52,579 nucleotides of DNA, taken from the NCBI GenBank assembly GCA_035656595.1, contig DASRSG010000112.1, forward strand, positions 1 to 52,579, in the 5' to 3' direction. The position numbers and the translations under genes are program-made. The stretch comes from Jatrophihabitantaceae bacterium (GTDB lineage: Bacteria; Actinomycetota; Actinomycetes; Mycobacteriales; Jatrophihabitantaceae). Positions within the stretch are counted from its first letter, which is position 1; the number at the start of each line of letters is the position of its first letter. A model generated the notes under the pieces. The model ran no database searches. It worked only from the letters and a program-made list of their open reading frames with translations, and was not told the origin of the DNA. This document shows positions 35,606-44,364 of the stretch, piece after piece.

Positions 35606-37059
35606 CCGCTGACCGTTTCGGCTGCGACGGCGGGTTCGTCGGCGGCGTCCGGACGGCGACGGTCGGCAGGCATCAGTGCGACCATCGCGACGAGCAACAC
35701 GGCGAGCACGACGACCGCGAGGAAGATGTGATGCACCGCGCTGGCCAGCGGTCCGGCCGCGACGTGACCGCTCTGCAATCCGCTCGAATCGCCCAGCACC
35801 GCATTGGCGATCGCCCCGAAGACCGCCACGCCGAGAGCGCTGCCCAGCGACCGGCAGAACATGTTGTTGCCGGTCACGACGCCACGTTCCTGCCACGCCA
35901 CCGTCGACTGCGCAGCGATCAACGTCGGCGTCGCGGTGAGGCCCATGCCCAGCCCGATCACGAAGCAGGTCACGCCGACCTGGTACACGCTTGACGACTG
36001 GTCGAGCAGGAGTAGCAGCACGCTCCCCAACACGACTATTGCGCCCCCGATCGATGCGGTCACCCGGAACCCGACGCGCAGGTACAGCCGTCCGGCCTGG
36101 GATGCCGACACGGGCCAACCGATGGTGAGCGTCGCGAGGGCGAAACCGGCAACGAGCGGCCCGGTGCCGAGCGAATCCTGCACGAAGGTCGGAATGTATG
36201 AACTCAGGCCGAGCACGATCGCACCGACCGCAGCCGAAACCAGGCTGCTGGTGACGAGCAGCCGGCGGCGCCAGACCCACAGCGGCAGTACTGGCTCGGG
36301 CGAGCTGCGCTCGACGAACCAGAACGCCAGTAGCAACACCGCGCCACCGGCCAGGATCGTGATGCTCCGCGCCGCAGACCAAGCCCACGCCTGACCGCCT
36401 TCGAGCACGCCGAGGATGACCAGCGTCAATCCGCCGGTCAGCAGCGCCGCGCCCCGGTAGTCGATGTGCGGGCGCGACCGGGGAACCTGCTCGTGGAAAT
36501 GCGAGGCGATCATGAATCCGGCGAGCAGGCACAGCGGGATGTTGATGAAGAAGATCCAGCGCCAGCTCGCGTACTCGGAGAAGACGCCGCCGAGCGTCGG
36601 GCCGACGACCGCCGAAATGCCCCAAACGCTGGCCAGGTAGCCCTGCACCTTGGCCCGTTCCTCGAGAGAGTAGCTATCGCCGACGATGGTCATCGCGATT
36701 GGCTGGACCGCGCCGGCGCCCAGCCCCTGCACCGCGCGGAACGCGATCAGCAGCCCGATGTTCCACGCCACGCCGCACATGATCGAGCCGAGCAGGAACA
36801 GGCTGATGCCGAGCAGCATGACCGGCTTTCGGCCGAACAGATCGGCAAGCTTGCCGTACACCGGCACGGTGACCGCTTGGGCCAACAGGTAGATCGAGAA
36901 CAACCACGGGAACTCGGCGAATCCCCCGATATTGCTGACGATTGACGGCACCGCCGTCGCGATGATCGTCGAGTCGATCGCGACGAGCGCGGTGGCCAGC
37001 ATCAGCGCCAGCAGCACGGGACCGCGTTCCGAGCGCAGCCCGACTGCGCTGCGGCTCAC
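35593..37059 (-). CDS. MFS transporter, DHA2/EmrB-QacA type (14-TM)
   Basis: LMLATALVAIDSTIIATAVPSI, GKLADLFGRKPVML, about 14 hydrophobic segments. GTG 37059 lies 1 nt downstream of the preceding gene's stop. Confidence 0.9.
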   Translation of the reverse strand: MSRSAVGLRSERGPVLLALMLATALVAIDSTIIATAVPSIVSNIGGFAEFPWLFSIYLLAQAVTVPVYGKLADLFGRKPVMLLGISLFLLGSIMCGVAWNIGLLIAFRAVQGLGAGAVQPIAMTIVGDSYSLEERAKVQGYLASVWGISAVVGPTLGGVFSEYASWRWIFFINIPLCLLAGFMIASHFHEQVPRSRPHIDYRGAALLTGGLTLVILGVLEGGQAWAWSAARSITILAGGAVLLLAFWFVERSSPEPVLPLWVWRRRLLVTSSLVSAAVGAIVLGLSSYIPTFVQDSLGTGPLVAGFALATLTIGWPVSASQAGRLYLRVGFRVTASIGGAIVVLGSVLLLLLDQSSSVYQVGVTCFVIGLGMGLTATPTLIAAQSTVAWQERGVVTGNNMFCRSLGSALGVAVFGAIANAVLGDSSGLQSGHVAAGPLASAVHHIFLAVVVLAVLLVAMVALMPADRRRPDAADEPAVAAETVSGQNG

Positions 37060-37060
37060 C

Positions 37061-37714
37061 TCAGTCCGGCGTCTGCGTCGAACGGCGCTTGGTCTCCTCG
37101 GGCTCCGCGGTGCGCTTGTCGGAATCCTCGAGGATCACCTCCGCCTGACGCTGCGGATCGTCACTGCCGACAGCTTCCTCCTCGGGCAGGAGGTGACCGC
37201 GGCTCTCGATCCGCTCGTCCTCGGGTGGTTCAGCCATGCTGTTCAAACTACCCATGCGACGCAGCAACAGGCTCACCGCGTCGGCTGGAGTCTGGGCGGT
37301 GTCGACGGCGAGCGCGGTCCCGCTCGCGTCGCTGATCTGCCAGCCATCGAGCGAAACGGTCGGGACGTGCATGCGTTTGGCGAGCGCGAGCTCGCTCAAC
37401 GTGCCCCACGAGCCGCCAACGGCGATCACGCCGTCAGCCGCCCGGACGACCAGCAGGTTGCGCAACTCGCCCAGGCCGGTCGGCAACGCGACGGTGAGGT
37501 GCTCGTTGCCGGCCGCGGCAACCGCGCCGGGGAGCAGACCGATCGTCGTTCCGCCGGCCTCGGCGCAGCCACGTGCCGCTTCGGCCATGACGCCGCCGAG
37601 CCCACCGGTGATGACCGTGCAGCGGTGTTCGGCCAGCAAACGACCGATGCCGTAGGCGTTGCACAGCTCCGACTCAGTCGGGTCACTTCCCGGACCAATG
37701 ACCGCCACGTGCAT
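37061..37714 (-). CDS. TIGR00725-like / LOG-SLOG superfamily Rossmann protein with acidic C-terminal tail
   Basis: MHVAVIGPGS..., ITGGLGGVMEAA-type motif (VITGGLGGVMAEAARG), AVGGSWGTLSELALA. ATG 37714. The about 55-aa tail is rich in E/D. Confidence 0.7.
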   Translation of the reverse strand: MHVAVIGPGSDPTESELCNAYGIGRLLAEHRCTVITGGLGGVMAEAARGCAEAGGTTIGLLPGAVAAAGNEHLTVALPTGLGELRNLLVVRAADGVIAVGGSWGTLSELALAKRMHVPTVSLDGWQISDASGTALAVDTAQTPADAVSLLLRRMGSLNSMAEPPEDERIESRGHLLPEEEAVGSDDPQRQAEVILEDSDKRTAEPEETKRRSTQTPD

Positions 37715-37749
37715 GAGTGTCGATCGTAGGGATCGTGTTGGATTGCCGC

Positions 37750-38559
37750 ATGGGTTCATCGTTCGCTGCGGTCACCGCGCTCGTCCCGATTGCACCGGGA
37801 CGATTCGACGCGGGGGTGAGCCCGGAGTGGACCATCGCCACGAAACCCAGCGGCGGCTACCTACTCGCCATGCTCGGACGGGCTGCGGTCACCGTCGGTA
37901 ACCATCCACACGTGATCGCAGCGAGCGCGCACTACGTGCACTCGCCGTCGCCCGGACCGGTCGCCGTATCGGCCGAGGTGCTGCGGGGTGGACGATCGGC
38001 CAGCCAGCTGCGCGTGCAACTTCACCAGGACGATCAGCTGTGCGTGGAGGCGTTGATCACGACGAGCACGCTCGAAGCGGGCACCCGCCCGTACTGGGAC
38101 CGCGGTCTGAACTTGCCCGAGGTCGCGGCACCGCAGAAGTGCCTGCGGGTTCCGTCCACGACGCCGACCGGGTTGCGTGCCTCGATCATGGACGAGGTCG
38201 ACCTGCGCATCGACCCGGCCGACACCGGCTTCGCCCGAGGCGCGCCGAGCGGGCGCGGCGAGCTGAGGGGCTGGCTCGCGCTGCCCGGTGACGAACCGTT
38301 CGATCCGCTCGCCCTGCTCTACGCAGTCGACGCGTTCCCGCCGGCCACCTTCGAGGTCGAACCGACCGGCTGGGTGCCGACACTCGAACTCACCGCGTAC
38401 GTGCGCGCGCTGCCGGCACCGGGCCCGGTCCGGATCCTGCAGAGGGCACAGGTGATCGATGCGCAGAAGGTCGACGAGGCATGCTTCGTCTGGGACTCGA
38501 CCGACCGGCTCGTCGCGCAGGGCACCCAACTTGCCGGCATTCGGCTGGGTAAGAGCTAG
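37750..38559 (+). CDS. Thioesterase-family (TesB-like double hot-dog) protein
   Basis: Size and layout resemble acyl-CoA thioesterase II-like proteins (GGYLLAMLGRAA, RGGRSASQLRVQL). Call made from weak motif memory only. Confidence 0.55.
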   Translation: MGSSFAAVTALVPIAPGRFDAGVSPEWTIATKPSGGYLLAMLGRAAVTVGNHPHVIAASAHYVHSPSPGPVAVSAEVLRGGRSASQLRVQLHQDDQLCVEALITTSTLEAGTRPYWDRGLNLPEVAAPQKCLRVPSTTPTGLRASIMDEVDLRIDPADTGFARGAPSGRGELRGWLALPGDEPFDPLALLYAVDAFPPATFEVEPTGWVPTLELTAYVRALPAPGPVRILQRAQVIDAQKVDEACFVWDSTDRLVAQGTQLAGIRLGKS

Positions 38560-38571
38560 CGTGGCTCTTTG

Positions 38572-41500
38572 ATGGCGAAGTTCCACCCGACCCGCCGCCG
38601 TTTCCTGGCGTCGGCGGCCGGCGCGACAGGCGCGCTCATCCTGCCTGCGATCCGCTACCCCGAATTGGCGTTCGCGGCACGCGGCACGGGCATCCTGCGT
38701 CACGTCCATCTCCTGATCGGAACCTCGGCGCAGGGCAACACGATCCCGGGCGCGCAAGTGCCGTTCGGGTTCGCGTCGGTCAGTCCCGACACGATGTACC
38801 CGGGCAGCGCGGGCTACCGGACCGACCACGACATCATCGGATTCAGCCACACGCACGTCAGCGGCGTCGGCGGTGGTGGCACATACGGCAACTTCAGGCT
38901 GACCCCACTCGTGGGACCGCTTCGCGTCAACGACATTTCGTCACCAAAGGCCAACGAACTCCTCGCCCCCGGCTATTACGCCGTGATGCTGGCGCGGCCC
39001 GACATCCACGTGGAGATCTCTGCAACGCGTCGCACCGGGATCCATCGCTACACGTTCCCCTCGACCACCCATGCACGCATCCTGCTTGATGCCACGTCGG
39101 TCGTCCTCGATCCGATCTCGGGCGAGAGCGGCTATCACCACCAGCGCCCGCTCTCGTCCAGGGTGACGGTCATTTCACCGGACCGGATCGACGGGAGCGT
39201 GACGATCGTCGGCGGCTACAGCACGGCGCCGTACACGCTGCACTTCTCGTTGATGTTCGACCGTCCCGTCACCACGGCGCAGACGTTCGTCAATCGCCGG
39301 ATCAGCGCGGCCCGGACAGTGACCGGCGGGAACGCACAACGCACCGGGGTCATCGCCACCTTCGACGCGACGCGACAGCGGGTCGTCGAAGCGCGGCTGG
39401 GGATGTCATTCGTCAGCACCGCGCAGGCACACGCGAACCTTGTCAGCGAACTCGGCAACCGCTCGGTTCCGCGCACCGCCGGACGTGCGCAGGCAGCATG
39501 GAAGAAAGCGCTGCACCAGATCGACGTCGAGGGTGGCAGCCAATCCGAGCAGACGCTGTTCTACACCGGGCTCTACCGGACGCACGTCATGCCGCACGAC
39601 CTCACCGACGAGAACGTGTGGACCCACGCAAAGGTGCACTACGAGGATTACTACACGCTGTGGGACACCTTCCGCACCGTGCACCCGCTGCTGAGCTTGG
39701 TCCAGCCGCATCGGCAGCGCGACATGGTGCAGACGCTCGTCGAGGTCTACAAGAAGACGGGATGGCTACCGACCGCGCGGACCGCCGGCGCCAACGGCGT
39801 GCAGCAGGTCGGCACGCACGCGGACACTGTCGTCGCCGACGCACTGCAGAAGGGCCTGACCGGCATCGACTACCAAACGGCCTATCGCGGGATGGTCAAG
39901 AACGCCGAACATGAGCCGTCCTCGAAGAAGGTGGCCGGCGTACCGATGATCATCGAAGGCCGGCCAGGGCTGGCGGAGTACAAGAAGTTCGGTTTCGTCC
40001 CGCTCGAGTTCCAGGCCAAGGGCCGCCCGATCGGACTGCGGCGGCTGCAGGTCTCGCGCACTGTCGAGTACGCGTACAACGACTTCTGTATCGCGCAGGT
40101 GGCCAAGGCGCTTGGCCATCACGACGATTACCGGAAATACCTCGCCCGATCCGGGAACTGGGCGAACCTGTGGGACCCGTTGACGCACTCGGTGCGACCG
40201 CGCCACAGTGACGGGCGTTTCCTGACGCCGTACGACCATGCTGTCCGGCACACCGTCAACGACGCGTACTACGAGGGCAGCGGATACCAGTACTCGACCT
40301 TCGTCCCACACGACGTGCAGGGCCTTATCAATCGCCTCGGCGGTGACGTCGGCTTCGTCGCGTGGCTGGATCGGTTCTTCGCGCATGCCGGTGGTCCGCG
40401 TGACAACGGCTACTACCAGCACTACAACGAACCCGACCATCTGGCCGCTTACCTCTACATCCATGCCGGCCGGCCCGATCGGACCGCCGATCAGGTGCGC
40501 GACCTGCTGGCCACGCAGTACGGCGTCAGCCCCCTCGGACTGCCGGGCAACGACGACTCGGGCGCGATGTCCGCGTGGTACGTGTGGGGCGCGATGGGCC
40601 TGTTTCCCAATGCCGGCCAGCCGTACTACTACATCGGCAGCCCGATCTTCACCCAGATCCGCATCCGCCTCGAGCACGGCCGCAGCTTCGTCATCAAGGC
40701 ACCGGCGACATCTCCCAAGAACCGGTATGTGCAGTCGGCGTCGCTGAACGGACGTCCGCTGCACCGGGCATGGCTGCATCACGAGGAGATCGTGCGCGGT
40801 GGCCAGCTCTTCCTGCGAATGGGTGCGCGGCCCTCGAAATGGGCGCGCTCGTCGCGGCCGCCGTCGGTGTCCAAACCGTTGCGTGCAGTGACCGCGGGCG
40901 CGCCGTCCGGCGGGGTCATGGTCGCGCCCGGCAAGTCCGCGGGCGCGGCGTTCAAGGTCGACAATCTGACTGCGCATCAGCTGACCGTGCAATGGACGGC
41001 CGCGACGACAGGTAGCATCGCGGTCTCTCCGAGCGGCGGCACGCTCACCATTGCCGCGCGCTCGTCGGGCACGGCCCACGTCAGCGTCAAAGCCGGCAAG
41101 GCCGACAGCAACTGCTCGGTGCGGTTCGCCAGCACGACCGGGGGCGGCGACACGCTGGCGCACGCCACGGTCAGCGTTGCGGTGGCAAATCATGTCGACC
41201 TGACCAAGCACTTCAACAATGTCGCCGTCTCCGCTGACGGTCACAAGCACCGCTCGGGCGACAACGGCGGGTTCACCACTTACTCGGCCGAGGCGCTTGC
41301 AGCGGTGGGGATCAAACCAGGCGGCACGGTGCTGTCCGACGGGATCATCTACGTCTGGCCATCCGTCGCAGCCGGAAGACCCGACAGCGTCCGGACATCC
41401 GGGCAGAACATCGCGGTCTCGTTCCCGGCCGGCGTTACCCGGATCGGGCTGCTCGGCAGTGCCACGCACGGTGGCTTCCACACCGACGCAACGCTGAAGG

Positions 41501-41766
41501 TCGCCTACACCGACGGCAGTACCGACGAACTGCAGATCAAGTTCAGCGACTGGACGCTCGCCGGCGGCAAGTACCAGGTGCTGCCACGCGACACCGTCGC
41601 CGCGACCACCGGCTACCAGAACACCAGGTCCGGCGGCCGAAAGATGATCATGACGTACGTGTTTGCGGTAACCGCGCCACTGCCCTCGGACAAGACCGCG
41701 AAATCCGTGACGTTGTCGCCCGGAACACGCGGCTCGATCAGCATTTTCGCCATCAGCGCGAAGTGA
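38572..41766 (+). CDS. GH92 family alpha-mannosidase-like glycoside hydrolase with Tat-type signal and about 300-aa C-terminal extension
   Basis: Twin-arginine signal MAKFHPTRRRFLASAAGATGALILPA. GH92 signature GNDDSGAMSAWYVW. Beta-rich C-terminal region after about residue 750. Confidence 0.85.
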   Translation: MAKFHPTRRRFLASAAGATGALILPAIRYPELAFAARGTGILRHVHLLIGTSAQGNTIPGAQVPFGFASVSPDTMYPGSAGYRTDHDIIGFSHTHVSGVGGGGTYGNFRLTPLVGPLRVNDISSPKANELLAPGYYAVMLARPDIHVEISATRRTGIHRYTFPSTTHARILLDATSVVLDPISGESGYHHQRPLSSRVTVISPDRIDGSVTIVGGYSTAPYTLHFSLMFDRPVTTAQTFVNRRISAARTVTGGNAQRTGVIATFDATRQRVVEARLGMSFVSTAQAHANLVSELGNRSVPRTAGRAQAAWKKALHQIDVEGGSQSEQTLFYTGLYRTHVMPHDLTDENVWTHAKVHYEDYYTLWDTFRTVHPLLSLVQPHRQRDMVQTLVEVYKKTGWLPTARTAGANGVQQVGTHADTVVADALQKGLTGIDYQTAYRGMVKNAEHEPSSKKVAGVPMIIEGRPGLAEYKKFGFVPLEFQAKGRPIGLRRLQVSRTVEYAYNDFCIAQVAKALGHHDDYRKYLARSGNWANLWDPLTHSVRPRHSDGRFLTPYDHAVRHTVNDAYYEGSGYQYSTFVPHDVQGLINRLGGDVGFVAWLDRFFAHAGGPRDNGYYQHYNEPDHLAAYLYIHAGRPDRTADQVRDLLATQYGVSPLGLPGNDDSGAMSAWYVWGAMGLFPNAGQPYYYIGSPIFTQIRIRLEHGRSFVIKAPATSPKNRYVQSASLNGRPLHRAWLHHEEIVRGGQLFLRMGARPSKWARSSRPPSVSKPLRAVTAGAPSGGVMVAPGKSAGAAFKVDNLTAHQLTVQWTAATTGSIAVSPSGGTLTIAARSSGTAHVSVKAGKADSNCSVRFASTTGGGDTLAHATVSVAVANHVDLTKHFNNVAVSADGHKHRSGDNGGFTTYSAEALAAVGIKPGGTVLSDGIIYVWPSVAAGRPDSVRTSGQNIAVSFPAGVTRIGLLGSATHGGFHTDATLKVAYTDGSTDELQIKFSDWTLAGGKYQVLPRDTVAATTGYQNTRSGGRKMIMTYVFAVTAPLPSDKTAKSVTLSPGTRGSISIFAISAK

Positions 41767-41796
41767 GCGCCCCAGCCACTCCGTAGGGTGTGGCTC

Positions 41797-42117
41797 ATGG
41801 ATATCGCGATCAAGACCAGCACCGACCGCGGCGGACGAGCGGTACTGACCGTCACGGGCGCGATCGACCTGCAGACCCGTGAGCGGCTGCTCGAGGATGC
41901 CCATCAGGCGCTGTCTGGATCACCGACCGCGCTGGTGCTGGATCTCGACGAGGTCAGCTTCATCGACTCCACCGGGCTGGGCGCCTTGATCGAACTCGGC
42001 CATGACGCTGCCGATGACGGTGGCGGTCTGGTCATCCGCAATCCGTCACATCGCGTCACCCGGATCCTTGAGATCAGCGGACTGGCCGACGCCTGGGAGT
42101 TCGAGACGACCGACTGA
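41797..42117 (+). CDS. STAS-domain anti-sigma-factor antagonist
   Basis: LTVTGAIDLQTRERL..., phosphorylatable-serine motif FIDSTGLGALI. Alternative GTG start at 41788. Confidence 0.8.
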   Translation: MDIAIKTSTDRGGRAVLTVTGAIDLQTRERLLEDAHQALSGSPTALVLDLDEVSFIDSTGLGALIELGHDAADDGGGLVIRNPSHRVTRILEISGLADAWEFETTD

Positions 42118-43377
42118 CCCACGCAGGGCCAGCAACCCGAGCAGCAACATCAGCGCGGCAACGCCCAGGAGCCCGCCGGCATCGACGCCGGTGCTCGCGA
42201 GCGGGGTCGCCTGCGAGGTGTGCGGACGATGTCGATTCGCCGGCGTACCGTGCCCGGTCCCGCGCGGACTGTGCCCGGACGGCGGGGTGCCGCCACCGGT
42301 GCCAGGCGGGGTGCCGCCAGCGTTGCCAGGCGGGGTGCTCTCGTTCGTGCAGACCACGTCCGCACTGCCGACCGCGTTGCCGCAGACCGTCACCGGGCTC
42401 GTCACCGGAGTCCCGGTGCTACCGGTACCGGCTGCCGTCGAGCTGCAGGACGCAGCACTGCCCCCGCCGGCTCCGACACCGTCTCCGCAGATGGTCACCG
42501 GCGCGTTGACCGGGGCGTTCGCGTCGCCACCGCCCGACGAACCACTGCCAGTGCCCGCGCTGGTCGAGCCGCACGAGCCGGTGCTGCGACCGCCTGCTCC
42601 GACGCCGTTGCCGCACACCGTCACCGGCGCGTTCACCGGCGCATTGGCCTCCGAACCGTTGCCGGCCGACCCGCTGGCCGACCCTGCGCTGCTCGCGCCA
42701 CATGACGCCGTCCCGTGGCCGTGCACCGCGGCACCGTTGCCGCACACTGTCACCTGCGCGTTGACCGGTGCGTTGATTTCCGATCCCGATCCACTGCTTG
42801 CGGCACCGTTGCCCGACCCGTCACAGGAGGCGTTGCCGTGGCCGGCCACGCCCACCCCGTTGCCACATACCGTCACCGGCGCGTTGACCGGCGCGTTCGC
42901 GTCCGAACCGTGGCCCGTGCTGCCGCCGCCGGAGCCGTTACAGGACCCGGAGCCGTTGCCGACCGAATTGCCACACGCCGTGATCGGCGCGTTGACCGGC
43001 GCGTTCGCGTCGGACGCACCGCCGGACAGGTTTCCGGATCCGGATCCGGAGCATGACGCCGAACTCTCGCCGAGCACGCCGACGGAATTGCCGCAGGCGT
43101 GCATCGGCGCGTTGACCGGCGCATTCACCCGGGGGTCCGCGGCAGCGCCGCGGGGGCGCGCTGCCGCGGACGGAGCCGAACCGGAGCGTGCCGTGGTGAT
43201 GTGATGACCGGCGACGTTGACCGCGTTCGACCCGATCGTCACCGGTGCGTGGACCAGCGCCGAGATCGGTGGATGGAGTTGATTCGTTGTCGCGGCCGAC
43301 GACAGTCCGGTGCTGAGCAGCCACATGCCTGCTCCGAACACCCCGACTGTCAGGCCGCGCTTCAGCCAAACATTCAT
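42046..43377 (-). CDS. Cell-wall-anchored multi-repeat chaplin-like protein (signal peptide, 1 degenerate + 7 Cys-pair chaplin-core repeats, Pro/Gly stalk, LAxTG sorting signal)
   Basis: Signal peptide MNVWLKRGLTVGVFGAGMWLLSTGLSSA. Repeats of (A/V/I)NAPVNAPVTVCGNGVGV..G...SC separated by G/S linkers. LASTG (42187..42201) is followed by a hydrophobic segment and RGSVGR. Confidence 0.75.
   Translation of the reverse strand: MNVWLKRGLTVGVFGAGMWLLSTGLSSAATTNQLHPPISALVHAPVTIGSNAVNVAGHHITTARSGSAPSAAARPRGAAADPRVNAPVNAPMHACGNSVGVLGESSASCSGSGSGNLSGGASDANAPVNAPITACGNSVGNGSGSCNGSGGGSTGHGSDANAPVNAPVTVCGNGVGVAGHGNASCDGSGNGAASSGSGSEINAPVNAQVTVCGNGAAVHGHGTASCGASSAGSASGSAGNGSEANAPVNAPVTVCGNGVGAGGRSTGSCGSTSAGTGSGSSGGGDANAPVNAPVTICGDGVGAGGGSAASCSSTAAGTGSTGTPVTSPVTVCGNAVGSADVVCTNESTPPGNAGGTPPGTGGGTPPSGHSPRGTGHGTPANRHRPHTSQATPLASTGVDAGGLLGVAALMLLLGLLALRGSVGRLELPGVGQSADLKDPGDAM
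42349..43257 (-). repeat. In-frame tandem coding repeats (period 36 to 43 codons) of the chaplin-like core
   Basis: Repeat units start at residues 84, 124, 160, 201, 244, 286 and 323, with a Cys-less copy near residue 41. The conserved DNA core on the plus strand is GTTGCCGCACACCGTCACCGGCGCGTTGACCGGCGC and variants. Confidence 0.85.
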
Positions 43378-43466
43378 GGATTCATTCGCTTTCGACTAGG
43401 GTTTTGCACGACCGGAATCGGTCGCGATGGGAACTCGGCCGCGCTCTAAGCGGCGGATTCCCTCGC

Positions 43467-44336
43467 CTAGTCGGGGAAGACGGACGGGCGCGCGGACGCG
43501 ACGCCGAACAGCACGGCGGGCCACCGCCGCGTTACCACCGCTGTCGCGTTGGTCATCTGACGAACGTGGGCCGTGCCGAGGCCGGAACCGGCACCCCCGC
43601 CACTCGCGCTCGTGCTGGCCGACCGCCCGGTTCCGATCGGCGCAGCGGGCTGCCAACCGGACGGGGTGACCGGGCGATCGATGCTGATCGCGCGCGGTCC
43701 GAACCGTGCCTTGACAGACCGTGCAATTGCCTGATGGGTAAATGGATTCGCCGATGCCGGTGCGGTCACGAGGGGGATCGTCGACGCCGCCCGATGTGCT
43801 TGCACCGCCGGCTGGTGGTGCGCCGCCGGCCGTCCCACGACACGGTGCGACGGCCGCGGTGCAACGCGTGCTGAGTTCGCGAGGCGATGCGTGGGCCGAA
43901 GGGCTCTGTGCACGATCGGCGTCACGATGGTGCGCACGATCGGATGCACGACGCGACGGGCGATCTTGCGCACGATCGGCGTGGCGGCCTTCCGCGCGGT
44001 GTGCACGACCTTCGCTACGGTCTCATGAACCGTGCGATGGGCCACGGCCACAACGGGACGGACAGCCGGCGCCTGCACCCGCTCTACGGTCTCGCGGACG
44101 TGCGAACGCACGACCGGCAGCTCCGCGTGCTGGCGAAGGTCATGCACCTCATCGCCTACCGCGTGGTCGAGCGGGTGCGGCAATGGTTGCGGGGTCGCGG
44201 CGTGCGCGGAATTCAGCAGCGCGCCGAGCAACCAGAACCCGACGACGAGGCCTACTGTGCAGAGGAATCGGCGGAGCCAGCGAACGCCCGAATCGCCACC
44301 CCAGGGGGTGGCGGCAAGGTTCGGCGTCTCCGGCAC
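43467..44336 (-). CDS. Orphan exported or membrane-anchored His/Arg/Val-rich basic repeat protein
   Basis: GTG 44336 with GAAGGA SD. N-terminal hydrophobic segment FLCTVGLVVGFWLLGALLNSAHA. Then degenerate repeats such as VHETVAKVVH, IVRKIARRVVHPIVRTIVTPIVHRAL. High third-position GC supports coding. I recognise no family. Confidence 0.5.
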   Translation of the reverse strand: MPETPNLAATPWGGDSGVRWLRRFLCTVGLVVGFWLLGALLNSAHAATPQPLPHPLDHAVGDEVHDLRQHAELPVVRSHVRETVERVQAPAVRPVVAVAHRTVHETVAKVVHTARKAATPIVRKIARRVVHPIVRTIVTPIVHRALRPTHRLANSARVAPRPSHRVVGRPAAHHQPAVQAHRAASTIPLVTAPASANPFTHQAIARSVKARFGPRAISIDRPVTPSGWQPAAPIGTGRSASTSASGGGAGSGLGTAHVRQMTNATAVVTRRWPAVLFGVASARPSVFPD

Positions 44337-44364
44337 GAGCGCGTCCTTCTGGTCCGGCGGATGA

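Noticed and set aside
42002-43204. A 400-aa plus-strand ORF with repeats (PLPHTVTGALTGAFASEP) opposite the chaplin-like gene
   Set aside because: This is the mirror frame of the minus-strand repeat gene. It lacks a signal peptide, a sensible start context or a recognisable domain. The minus-strand product has a signal peptide, chaplin-like cores and an LAxTG signal.
42349-43257. Regularly spaced DNA repeats that could suggest a CRISPR array
   Set aside because: The repeats are in-frame coding units of variable period (108 to 129 nt) inside a long ORF. The intervening Gly/Ser linkers are too long for CRISPR spacers and there are no cas genes.
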